Shown in pieces: positions 36,118-48,400 of a stretch of 64,000 bases of DNA. Below the pieces are notes generated by a model. That model did not search any database, was not told where the DNA came from, and was given only the letters and a program-made list of their open reading frames with translations. The translations under genes and the position numbers were made by a program. Each line of letters starts with the position of its first letter. Within the stretch, counting starts at the first letter, position 1. Origin of the DNA: Podarcis pityusensis (taxonomy: Eukaryota); assembly GCA_964106645.2 (NCBI GenBank), contig OZ067040.1, one strand, 5' to 3'.

Positions 36118-38264
36118 TCTTTTTTTTATAAGATATTTATTGAGATTTTCAAAATGCTACAAAATAAAAATAATAATAATAAAAAAAGAAAATACAAAAT
36201 AAAAATGGTTAACAAAGTAAACAAAGAGAGAAACAAACCCTTCCAACAATACGAATACAAATTCAAAATAAGAAAAAAAACAGAAAAAGACAAAAATACA
36301 CCACAAACATTTAAAAACATTTAAAAACAAATTCATTATTCTCAAATCCTCAACTGTCATTACCTTCTTTCTTTGACCTCCTCCTCCTCCCTTTCTTTGT
36401 ATCCTAGTTATTAATTATCCCAGCAAATCCTTTCCATATTTCATAATATTCTGTCGTTACATTACCTTAAACTGTTTTAATCTTATCTTTTTATATAAAA
36501 AAAGAAACCTTAAAACTTAAAGCTTAAATCTTATCCTTACCAACTTCTCATAACCATAATATTCTTTCATAATTCTTTAGGCATCTTTACTAAAGCTGAG
36601 TAATTTCATTCCAACATTTTTCTAACATTCATCAATTTTATAAAACAGTCCTAATAGTAAAAAAAAAAGAAATACAAACAAATCCAATCTTCATCCAGCG
36701 TCCCTTCCTCCTGGTCCCGGGTTTTGTCAGTCCTTATTATCCCATCGATCTAGCGCATTAACCTGGCAACCTTATATCCGAGGCCCTCAAGTCTCTTCCA
36801 TGTCCCTTCCGCAGCTCTTCTTCATATTTGTAACTGTATTTTCCCTTGTCTCCTGCTCGTGGTAACTCCAGCTTGACAATATTTTTGACCCTTCTCGACA
36901 GATCAGCCCCTTTTCCATATTCAACACTAAATTCCATGTGATATTTAAAAACATGTTTCAAAAACCCTCCAAAATTAAGAGCCCCCACAATCCCAAACAT
37001 CTCACGGCCCATTGCCAGATTTGAAAAGTCCAAACATCCCAGCATAGGGGGGTCAATCCAGCCCCCCATTTCCAAGCCAAACCAAACTTTTTCTTTCCAA
37101 ATCTGGCTTTTTCCAAGTTCATTTGTCAAATCCGAAAGCTCATATTCCTGTTGGGCCTGTTCTGTCAGGACACACTCCTGATTTAATTCCTGGGTGGGCT
37201 CCACATATTTTCCCACTGTCTGTTCAAAATTTCCCACTGCCTGTTCAAAATTTCTAGTCGAAGTCACCATCAAATTCATCTTCTCATGTAACTGTTCCAG
37301 TAGGACATTTGTTTTATAGAAAGCGCACAACAGAGCTTCTGAATACATTGTCCTGCAAGGTCAAATGTCTGTTCCCACGATTGTAATCTGTAACAGCTGC
37401 CGGCTCCCTGGAATTGGTTACAGTTTCACAGTCTCCCTCTAGGGGGAAAGCTTCTATTTGTTCTTGCAACAAAGTTTCCCTTTTTGAGATATTTTGTCAA
37501 TATTTGTTCCTTTAAAATGCGAAAGGAAACAGTGGAATCACTATGTTTCTCTTCTTTTAGCTATCTGTCAAAAACGTTTGTCTCTGGTCAATGAGCTTCA
37601 AACGTCTGTCCTGACACCCCGCTCCAGGATCAGGATGGTGGAAAGTTACTTTACTTTAAACTCACTTTAAACAGTCCGAAAAAGATCCCCCTTCTTCTCC
37701 TGCTGTCGAAGGGGGGTTCCACAATTTTAAATGATGAAATCCAATCCTTTAAAGGCGATTTTCTAAGCTCTAGTTTACGTTGTCTTTGCTTTATTCTGTC
37801 TACAAAAGAACGGAAGACTGACTTCCTGTTTAGACCTTCCCGTTCAGTACCAAATTGAAATAAATTTTTAAATCCAATTCCTTTCTGCTCGCAAGTCCTT
37901 ATTTAAGGTCCAGTTGTTCAAAGTTTAACTACTCACAGGTGCTTATTTTAGAGTCCAAATTGTCCCAGGAAAAAGGCAGCGCTCTCCGGCAACGGCTATG
38001 CGGCTTCGCTCCACGGAAATAGCAGTTAACTCACAGCACCGCGCCACTTCCCCCTCTTCACTTTGGAGCCCGTTAATGGGTTCCTTTGCGAGTTGGGGGG
38101 GCGCTAAAGGTGCCCGCCGAGTCCCAAGGTCACAGGCTTCATCCGCCTGTGATTTTTAGAAGGGTCCCCACTTCGCCGTAGCGGAGAAGACCCGTTTTCC
38201 GCGGAGCTAGTCCCTCCAATTCAGAGGGAGTCCACCATTGCCGATGGCGCCACCCCGGAAGTCC
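36118..38264 (-). mobile_element. Full-length non-autonomous L1-related retroelement (HAL1-like), 2147 bp
   Basis: 19-bp TSD CCCACACAAGCAAAGTCTC (36099-36117, 38265-38283); AATAAA (36136-36141, minus) plus short A tail; 5' end GGACTTCCGGGGTGGCGCC with leader homologous to the L1 at about 1450-1865; a single long ORF, no EN/RT. Confidence 0.85.
36758..37348 (-). CDS. 196-aa ORF of the non-autonomous element; N-terminal predicted coiled coil, remainder unrecognised
   Basis: ATG-initiated, at the position equivalent to L1 ORF1; 21-bp tandem duplication (37210-37251) encodes a heptad repeat NFEQAVG/NFEQTVG. Confidence 0.55.
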   Translation of the reverse strand: MYSEALLCAFYKTNVLLEQLHEKMNLMVTSTRNFEQAVGNFEQTVGKYVEPTQELNQECVLTEQAQQEYELSDLTNELGKSQIWKEKVWFGLEMGGWIDPPMLGCLDFSNLAMGREMFGIVGALNFGGFLKHVFKYHMEFSVEYGKGADLSRRVKNIVKLELPRAGDKGKYSYKYEEELRKGHGRDLRASDIRLPG

Positions 38265-40357
38265 CCCACACAAGCAAAGTCTCAAAGAGAGCCCTGGAAC
38301 ATCCAAGATGTGGCCCAACCAATATGGGGACTTGAGCAAACACAGCTCCATAGCTCTACTGCCCCTTTTATACTCTGCATGCTGATTTCAGCCTCTGAGC
38401 TTGATGAGGCATGTGACCCTCACTTGTTCCAGCTGAGGAATCACATCCTTCTTTCCAGAGCCAATGAGCCCCACCTGGCTAGCTAGGGAGCTGGGCTGTG
38501 GACCCTTGCCTGCCTCAGTCTCCTAGAGCATACCTCCTTACACCTCAAAGCCTGCTGTATTCGGGGAGACAGGGGCCTCTCTGGCTCTGGTGATGGGTCC
38601 TGCTGCTCTGGTTCCTATGCACTGACCCCATCCCCTCGCTATCCTCCACTGAACTGTGAGTACTTTCTACACCAACCTCTCCTTCTCCATTCCCATCTTG
38701 CCCCAGTGCGTCTCATTAACCCCTTGCTGGGTTCCTCTTCCTTCTTGCCTTTGTCCTGCCAGTTCATGACACTTAAGCTATATAGTTTTTAACATCTGAT
38801 TTTATTGGCAATTCGGATCAGTAATTTATATTTTATGTAAAACACTTAGAGGTTTTGACAATTAAGTGGTATATAAATTCTGTTAAATAAAAAGCATAAA
38901 TATGTGGGAACAGTTCTATAGCTGGCATATGGCTGGTTGAAGGGCTGTGGGAAGCAGTGTGCATGTCACTGCAGCGACAGAAAGGAAGACCAACCTACAA
39001 GATGGTACTTTCATTACCAGAGAACAGGTACTCCTGCAGGAAAATGGCCACAGGTGAGTCATGCTCTAAGAAGTTGGGCAGGGCCATCCATTTAACTTTT
39101 TTATCCTCAAAGTGACCCCCAGTGTGAGATTTATGGTGAGAAGGTGGATCCACTCCATTCTTTCATAATTTAGTGGGAGTGATTCATCATGGGCTAACTG
39201 TAGTGACAAGGCATGGTGAAACTGGGTTTGGTTCTAAGGGGTCTTTTGGCTGCTCCCATGTGCTATTATTGGAAATAGGGAACAGACTCTTTCTATGCAT
39301 TGGAGTGGCATTTTTGGTGATCTCAATGTTACTACTGTGATGTCAACTTGCTATTTATCTGCTGCTTGAATTTATAACTGCATTTTAAGTAATATTGTCG
39401 CTGTTAGTGCTAATTTGATATTGGATGAGGTGGATATGTGATTTTGCTGACCTATTAGCATGGCAATGAGAGTTTATTCCCCAGGGTATATTTCCAAGGT
39501 AAACTGGGAGGACAAGAGCCTCGGGCGGAAGTTAGAGAAATAAGTCAAATTCCTCATATGGAGAGTAGACTTATTTGCTGGAGCTCAATTATGTTGCATT
39601 AGAGATGTGAGAGATGGTGTGGCTGGATCAGGCTGTAATTAAGTAACTGCACTTATTATAATATCATGTGCTTTTTACTGAGTCTTCTTTTGGTTGCCTT
39701 CTCCGCTCAAAGCTCTGTAGTCCCAGAGCAACCTGTTTTATTTTTACTTGGATTGTGGCCAATGTGTGTACACTGCTTTCCACACCAGCAGTGTGAGCAC
39801 ATTGGATGCACAGTAAAATGGAATGCATACACCTAGATGTCTTTGAGCAGAGGTGATAGTGGGACAAATGAAAATACTATGATGGCCTCACTCTGTCAGG
39901 AGAAAGGGAGACTGAGAGGAGACAACATGGCACCCCTTTAAGAAAAAGTTTTCAAAAACAACAACATACAAACAATAAAGAAACAAAAACAATGGCTGTA
40001 CGGAGCACATTATTGCAGTTGAAATAAAATAAAGGTTTGGTGCACTTTTGCAAACATCAAATTAAGAGTCAATTAAGGGTGGTGCTGAAAGCCTTCTAGT
40101 AAAGGCAGTACACTGAAGCTGCTTGCCAGGTGGAACAGAGCCACAACACTAGATTCCCGACAGATGGGGCACTGTTGCTTACCTGTGAGGGAAAGGACTA
40201 GGGGCAAGGAAGCAGAGAGGTCAACACAGTGCAAACACACCAGCAGGAACACAGATTGTCTCCACTGTACAGCTCTGACCTCCCCTCCCCTTGCCTCTCC
40301 TGGTAAATAACAGTCACCCACCTGTCAGGGCACTGTGTTTCAATGTAATACTTTTTG

Positions 40358-40490
40358 AGCTTAGTCATGCTGGCCACATGACCCGGAAGCTGTATGCTGG
40401 CTCTCTCAGCCAATAAAGCGAGATGAGCGCCACAACCCCAGAGTCATCCGCAACTGGACCTAATGGTCAGAGGTCTCTTTACATTTTACT
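40358..40490 (+). mobile_element. Sauria SINE 3' fragment
   Basis: GCTTAGTCATGCTGGCCACATGACCCGGAAGCTG...GGACCTAATGGTCAG, the reverse complement of about 13120-13245. Confidence 0.8.
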
Positions 40491-41617
40491 GGGAATGTGT
40501 GTTCAGATGCAGTATGAAAGAGAGGGAGAAAATGCAAAGTTTTAAATTAGGGAGATATTAGTACCCCCCGTCTTTGGAAGAATTAGGCTAGTTGGTTCAG
40601 TGGGTATGGTTTTGCTTTGCAGAAGGTTTCTGTGCCTTCTGCCATACTTTCTCTGCTTGCCCTCTTCTCCTCTCTTCCCTGAGCACCAGCCATGATTATC
40701 ACTCTTTAATCTTCCCATTGCAACTGCCAGCAAGCAGGAGCTCTTATACAACACTTGCTCTCAGGGATTGTCTTTTCCCAGAAATTATTCATTCTGCTTT
40801 TCTCAAGAGCCCTCAAGTCCATAGCACTGGAATGGACGCTAACCCTTCAAATGTTGAGACAAAAGTGGTCCAGGTTTTCATTCATCTTTTTTTCTTGCTC
40901 ATTGTTTCTTATTCATCTGTACACAAAAGATAAGGAAAACATTATGTACCTTGCAAAGCATTCTTGAAAGATGCAAATTTGCTGTAAGAGAAGGAAGGGC
41001 ACATGTGAATATGAAAAATGACTCAATCCACAAGCCAACTGAGCAGATATCTTTCTATTTCTAAGCTGATTGACAGCTCAATCCAAAGCACATTGTTTGG
41101 AAGTAAATTTTTCTGGGTATTGTAGACCTTGCTTCCAAGCAAGTGTTCTTAGAGTCAGCATGACAGTCTTGTTGTGAGACTAAAAGAGGAGCAGTTTGAT
41201 TAGCCACAGCAACAGTAACAACTTCACCATCCCCTCAAGAGCCTTCATAAGTCACCCCTGCCAACCAGAAGAGCCAGGAGATGCAGACTGCATGAGGAAG
41301 GATCCTACCACCTGACATTACCTGGCCCAAATTGCCACAATGGCAATGATACTTGGGGACTTCTATTCAAAGCCTTGGTCCTACGGTGTTCCTTAAGTTT
41401 CCATTTTGTACTCTGTGCTACTGGGCAATTTATTTATTTATTTATTTTAATTTCATAAAATTTATAAACAGCTTAATAGTAAAAAAAAACCCCTCAGAGC
41501 AGTTTCCAAGAAGAATACAATAGAATTATCAGTTAAAACACAACTATTTACAACATTAGAAATTAAAATCAGCAATAAATTGAAAAGAGTTTAAGACTCA
41601 CATCAACATTCTACATA

Positions 41618-41832
41618 CAGTGATACCTCTGGTTACGTACTTAATTCGTTCTGGAGGTCCGTTCTTAACCTGAAACTGTTTTTAACCTGAAGCACCACTT
41701 CAGCTAATGGGGCCTCCCACTGCCGCTGCCCGATTTCTGTTCGCATCCTGAAGCAAAGTTCTTAACCCGAGGTAATTTTTCTGGGTTAGCGGAGTCTGTA
41801 ACCTGAAGCGTATGTAACCCGAGGTACCACTG
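41618..41832. mobile_element. Tc1/mariner MITE, copy 3, nested in an L2 remnant (about 41430-42120)
   Basis: TA flanks at 41616-41617 and 41833-41834; TIRs CAGTGATACCTCTGGTTA / TAACCCGAGGTACCACTG. Confidence 0.85.
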
Positions 41833-42750
41833 TATCTGGGTAGGCTTGTCTAAAAAAAAAGTGTTTTTAGCTGTCGCCAAAAGGAGTACAATAAAGGCAC
41901 CTGCCTGATGTCAGTAGGCAGGGAGTCCCAAAGTATACGTTCTGCCACACTGAAAGATGGGTTTCTGACAAATGTGGGATGAGCATTGTGTGGCATTATG
42001 CTACATTTGTAACAGTGCCAGCTCCATGGATCAAAACAGTTGACTGGGCATATATGGGGTAAGACAATATTACAGGTAAACTGGTCCCAAGTTGTTAAGG
42101 TCTTCTGTATATGAAACCACTGGGTGAAGAGCTCTGGAATTTGTTCTTTTCCGTCTAGAACGTCATACTTCCAAAGCATTCTGTTCTCTTTCCCCTTGCT
42201 GTGGAGTAAATGAGCTACATGGAGGGGTGTGAGTACACACTGGGAACTATTTTTCAGATTCTGACTTAACGTTCATTTTTCATTTATAAACCCAAAGCAC
42301 GAAAAAATGGGTAACCTGAGGTAACTGCCTTTGAGAACTATTACAACAGGCCCATGTGAAATGCATTTTACAAACGGTTGTCTCAGACATTAGATTGATC
42401 TGCTTCCACAATCACAATTTCTGCTACCTTTCTTCAGTGGCTAGACCTGGCATATTAGCATGAGAATGATGACTATGCTGCCTTTTCAGGCAATTTTGTG
42501 TGTAAGTAGCAGGTGACATAGCTAACTGATTTTGAAGAAGTGGCTTAATTCAACACAGACAAAGGCATCCAGTGCCCCTGAGGGTAGCAGACTACTGGGG
42601 GTAGGTATGTGACAGACCTGTGGCACACATAGTTCTAGTCTCCAACAGAGGGGAATGGCTAGAGACTTTGGGAGAAATTGTGTGGGAGGGGGTCTCCTGC
42701 CCCCCTCCCAGCATCTGCCACCTGAGACAGTTCCCTCACTTTGTCTAAGC

Positions 42751-43250
42751 CAGCCTTTCTCAACCTGTGGGTCCCCAGATGTTGTTGAACTACAACTCCC
42801 ATCACACCTAGCTAGCAAGGCCAGAGCTCAGGGATGATGGGAGTTCAGGGTGCCATCACGGCTGCCCGCCCCCACAGGCGGTGCGCCCCGCCTCGCCCCG
42901 CCCTGCGATATGCACCAGCCCCGCCCCCACCTGCTCTCTGCCCCCAGTGCTGGAGCATGAAGCCCAATCGCCTTCTCAATCCGGACTGCAGAGGGTCCGG
43001 GAATCAGTGTGTTTTTACATTAGTAGAATGTGTCCTTTTATTTAAAATGCATCTCTTGTTTTTTGTGGGGCCTGCCTGGCGTTTTTACATGAGTAGAAGG
43101 TGTGCTTTTATTCAAAATGCAACTCTGGGTTATTTGTGGGGCATAGGAATTCGTTCATCCCCCCCCCCCCCCAAAAAATATAGTCCGGCCTACCACATGG
43201 TCTGAGGGACGGTGGACCGGCCCACGGCTGAAAAACGTTGCTGACACCTG
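42751..43250. mobile_element. hAT (Charlie-like) non-autonomous element with dissimilar ends
   Basis: 8-bp flanks GTCTAAGC (42743-42750) and GTCTAAGG (43251-43258); ends CAGCCTTTCTCAAC and (rc) CAGGTGTCAGCAAC. Confidence 0.65.
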
Positions 43251-45100
43251 GTCTAAGGGAAGGGCTGGCACTGCTGAAGCTAGGGAGGTAAGGATGTGGT
43301 CAGTATACCACCCTGACTTGCATGGGATATAAATGAAATGGGCAAATCAATCAATGAAAAGGTGAGGATGCAAATATTGAATTATCATTAGCTCTAGTCA
43401 GTGTTGGAAAAGAAATGTATTTATAAGCTCACCTTTTTTCCTGACAGGGACTCAAGATGACTTACAGATAAAACAGAAACAGCTAAAAACATACATGCTT
43501 TTTCATGTGTGTGAGAGAAATGATATTGAGACCCTATACCTGAGGTGGGAAATACAGCCAAGTGGGGGATGATTTTGAGCTGAAACAGATGATGGGGTAG
43601 ACTCATGGAATTCTGGGTAACATGGAATTCTGCCTAGTGTGCAGGCTGAGTCATGTCCTGTCTGAAGAAAAGTTCTTTGTGCCTCAAAGGGTTTCATATT
43701 CTTGTTCCAACAATCCAGAAAGTATATTAAATTATCCTCAATCTCTGATATAGTATGGTTAAGGATATCTAAACTTTCATACAACTACTTTTCAAGATTT
43801 TAAATGGTAAAAAAAAAAACATTGGTGGCAAAAAAGCCAAAGTTAAGTATATTTTAAGACACAACTCTCTTCTGTTGAAATGGATAGGGTTTTGAAGTGC
43901 ATAGCTTTTCTTGGATTGATTCCAAATCTCTTTTATATCTTAGTCTATTGTACTCCCTAGCTAACACTTTTGATGTTGGATGTTATTGTCTTCAAAATTC
44001 AGAACACTGGGCTAATGCAATATCTCCTTCAGATGGCCCTTCTCTGAGGCTTTTAACCTCATATAAATAAATGGCAACAGCTTCTTGGCTGTTCCATTAT
44101 TTTGTTATATTGATCTGCTGCACTGAGCTCATGGTGTTATGGTCAAACAGTTCTGACTCTGTGGCTCACATCTACAAGAGGAGGCAAGAGAATTATTACT
44201 CAGTTCAATTTCCTGTCAAGCACTATTTCTCAGGAGTGTATTTTTATTGGATTCTTCAAATAAGTTTGCTTGCCTGCACACTCTTTTTATGATTTGACAC
44301 CTTAAAGAGTCTCTTACAACACCTTAAGCACGTGTAAAATGCCCCCAGTCTCACTCCCATGTAGAGACTACGCTTCGAGGAAATGAATGCATTTTAAATT
44401 CTCTGCTCTTGATCTTGTATGAAAATGTGATCCTTCATTGCCTGTTTTTAAAATATTTATATACAACAATCATCATAGCTGTCAACTTTTCCCTTTTCTT
44501 GTGAGGAATAAAAACAATCCATAGGAAATGGGACAAGAAAACAAGAAAAAATTATCATAAATCCAAACACTACCTTAAAATGCCCACTGGAACAAAAAGT
44601 CTTAGTCATGTGCCTGAAGTTCAGAAAGTAGGGTAGATATCTAATCTCATTTGGGAGGGATTTCCACAGGCTTGGGCTCACTATGCTGAATGTAATTCTT
44701 CTAGTAGTTATGAGCCATGCATAAACCATAATGGATCACCAACAGAGACTCCCCCAAAGATCTAAGTGATGGAGAGGGGGTATAAGGGATCAGGTGGGTC
44801 CTTGTGATATCCTGAGCCCAAGTTGTGAAGGACCCTGTAAATTAATACAAGAACTTGAACCTGGCCTGTTTCTTTCCTGACATCACAGCCATGAGTAGGG
44901 TCAATAATAATAAGCTCTGAGAAGTGTTCACTCAAATTTACTATGAGTCTTCCCGGTAAGTATAGATAGGATTGCATTCACAACCTCAGTAGTATGGAGG
45001 AAAGCATATGGACACGAGTATTTTCATAATGCATAAGTATGATCAGCACTTATAAATATCTTGTGATTGTAAGTTCTCACAACATCCTGTTGAAACTGTG

Positions 45101-45450
45101 TAAGGTAAAGGTAAAGGGACCCCTGACCATTAGGTCCAGTCGTGGCCGACTCTGGGGTTGCGGCGCTCATCTTGCTTTATTGGACGAGGGAGCCGGCGTA
45201 CAGCTTCCGGGTCATGTGGCCAGCATGACTAAGCTGCTTCTGGCGAACCAGAGCAGCGCACGGAAACGCCGTTTACCTTCCCGCTGGAGCGGTACGTATT
45301 TATCTACTTGCACTTTGATGTGCTTTCGAACTGCTAGGTTGGTAGGAGCAGGGACCGAGCAACGGGAGCTCACCCCGTCGCGGGGATTCGAACCACCAGC
45401 CTTCTGATCAGCAAGTCCTAGGCTCAGTGGTTTAACCCACAGTGCCTACC
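45101..45450 (-). mobile_element. Sauria SINE, near full length
   Basis: High similarity to 13118-13450, including GGATTCGAACC and the AAGGTAAAGG tail. Confidence 0.9.
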
Positions 45451-48400
45451 TGCCACCAACTATTATGTCCTGGTGCCCAGACTGAATGTATTTGAGTCAA
45501 ACTGTTTCTCAGGAGAATGTTTTTCAAAGTTATCCATGAGTTCCCAGCCTTTGCAGTTGGTCTGTAGATCTTTCTGTACCTTTTCTTCTTCTTCTTTATT
45601 GCATTTCTATACCGCCTTTCATCTGAAGATCACAGGGTGGTTTACAATATAAAAACACAAAAATAGGTACCGTGATAACAAACAAAAACAATAAAATAGC
45701 TTTCTGCAGAAACGAATACTGCAAATCATGCACATGGGTAGAAGGCAACTCGTTAACCATTCCTGCAGGGATTCTCTATCCAGTTGAGCTTGATCTTGTT
45801 ACAGAGGAATTACTGAAGTCGTTTAGGGATAGCTGCCCTGGAGTGCCTTGGCTATGGCCTTAGAAACATGCCATATAAAGTTCTATTCTGAGCCCCTGAG
45901 CAATGGAAAGGTGAAAAAGTAAACCATAGCTCTTCAAACTCTTTCACCTAACTGTGTTACAGGTTTTTTTTTCCTTTTTAAAAAGCATTGATGATTTAAG
46001 AAGCAGGGAGCCTATAATAACATCCTATAATAGATCCGTGTTTGAACTACAGGGACTCAGTAATGATGTGCCTGCATGGGGTAACACATCCGTTCCCTGC
46101 AGTCCACCTGCCTGCAGCCTCCTGCTGGCAGTGCCATCTTTTGCTTTGAAACACAACAGCCCCCACCTGGGTCTTTTTCCTCCCCCTGCTCTTTCACCTG
46201 CCTCATTCTCAGCCTCCCAATAGACCAGAACACAATGGTGCTCTTGGGAGCTTTGCTGTTGCAGGATGGAGCATTTGTTGGGAGAAAGAGAAAGGGTCTG
46301 GACCCAAACTAGGCATCCTCTCATATGCCAGGCTGCTCACTACAATGACAGCAGAGATAGTGAGGCACTATTGGTGGTGCTCAGAGGGATTCAGGTTTTC
46401 CAGCTGTCTCATGACTTGGGCTGGGACCTGACCCAGCCATTGAAAATGCTTTGTTTTTATCACAATGCCCCCAAAATAACCAGCAAGGGTATTTATAATT
46501 TATCCCATTGGCTTAGCTGACAGACTAGCTGCCATTTAGTTCTTTCTTTCCCTGAACTATTTCTTTCCTGCATAGTCACTGTAAGAACAGCCATGTAACT
46601 TCAAGAAGTATTGTTCCAGTTTCTTTATTTTCCCCTTCCCATCCCATTCTTTTTTCTTATTGTGTCATGACTATTCAGAGGTGCCGCCTTGGGCCAAAGA
46701 TTGGGGAGCGGGGAGCAGCAACATATCATGTCCCTGATGCATGCCTGTGACATCACGTGCCTGTTGCCCATCATGCTTGCATCATCGGGAGGAAGCCTTG
46801 CCCGGTGCCACACAGTTTCAATGGCTGCAACTCCTTCTCTCTCACGCTCAGGAGGAGCCTGCCTTTGATGCTGCACTGCGCTTGGCTTGTTAGTTCAGCC
46901 TCTTCCAGTAATGGGTGGGTGGAAGTTGAGCCCCCTGGTAAGGAATATTGAGGAGGCTGACGGCACTTCTGCTCCCTAGATTTGGCACACCTGTGTCTAT
47001 TAGATTGTAAGCTTCTCAGCAGGGACTACCTTGTTTTTTATAATAGCACTTACAATATTTTAGTGCTTTTAAAATTACAAATAACATTTTTATCTCACCC
47101 TTCTCCCAAGGAGCTCTGGGAAATACTAGGGGGACTATGCAGATAGGTTATGCTGAGAGAGTGATTGGTCAAAGGACACTTGTTTCAATATCCAAAGATT
47201 CACCTCTAGCCTAATCTTGCATTTGGGGACTTCCGTCTTGTAATTTTACTTATTGTTATTATATTATACTGGTTAGTCTCTTGTTACACAGATTTCTTGC
47301 TAAGTGATTTACACAAGTATTTGAAAATATAAACATAAATACATTATAGTATTAACCAATTCATACAAAAACGCATGCAATTCATAGAAGTATACAAAAC
47401 AACACCCCTACCCAATAACAACCACAGGAAGCTTTGGCACCATACTAACAGCAAAAAAAACAACATGCTAAAACATCAGAAGTGAGGGAAATGGATGTTG
47501 TAACCTGGCACTGAAACAAAAGTACCAGGCAGACCTCACTGGGGAGGGTGTTCCACTGATGCAAAGCCACAACTGAAAAGGTCCTCTCCTATAATTATTT
47601 AATAATAATATATTTTTTTTGTACTCTACCCATCTGACTGAGTTGCCCCAGCCACTCTGGACGGCTTCCAACATAATATACAGAAACACCACAACAGAGC
47701 AGAATACATTAGAAGCATATGCAAGGCTGCCCTCAAATGTCTGTGGAAGGTCGTATAATTATTTGCCGTAATCCTCTAGTCCTCCCTCAAAGAAGGAACC
47801 CTGAGAAGTAATGCTGCTGGTGTTCTACTATAGATCAGGCTGTGGCCCAGCTGTAGGCCCAGTTGTACCAGTTGAAGGTGATGACCTAGTTTGTTTCAAA
47901 ACTGAGGTGATATTTGAACCCGGATCTCCCCAGACTTAGGACATTTCCGCTTGTTCTGTGCATAGAAAGCACTGGTCCTGCTCCATTACTAGGGAAAACC
48001 TGCTCTTTAGCTCTAAATTGAAGCAAACGTCAATCCGGAGAAAACACAAATTGCCGTTTGCTCCAATTGCATGCTAAACAGTGGTTTTCCCTGGAGAAAA
48101 GCAGTGGAACAAAAGGGAGTAGGGATAAGCCATGAGTCAATTACATTACGCAACTCTAAATACCAGGTGACACACTTCCCTGTGGAGGAGTAGGGCGTGG
48201 CATTTTTTAAATATTTTGACTCCATTATTGCAAAGAAATGAATTAAAAAGGCTGATTTTTTTGTAAATTATATAAGGCTTCTTTGATGTGCTTTGCAATC
48301 TTTATGTGGCTTTGGTTGCTCCTTTAAGTTTGGTGATGAATAATCTCCACATGGCTGATGATGAACAGAGGATGAGAGATGAATGTTTTAGTACAGAATC

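Larger units (their letters stand above)
35957..38771 (-). mobile_element. Putative solo LTR (~650 bp) split by the 36118-38264 insertion
   Basis: CTTAA on both sides (35952-35956, 38772-38776); minus-strand start TGTCATGAAC; TATA-like TATAAAAGGGGC on the minus strand near 38361-38372; the other terminus is degenerate (TATC rather than TGTC). Confidence 0.45.
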
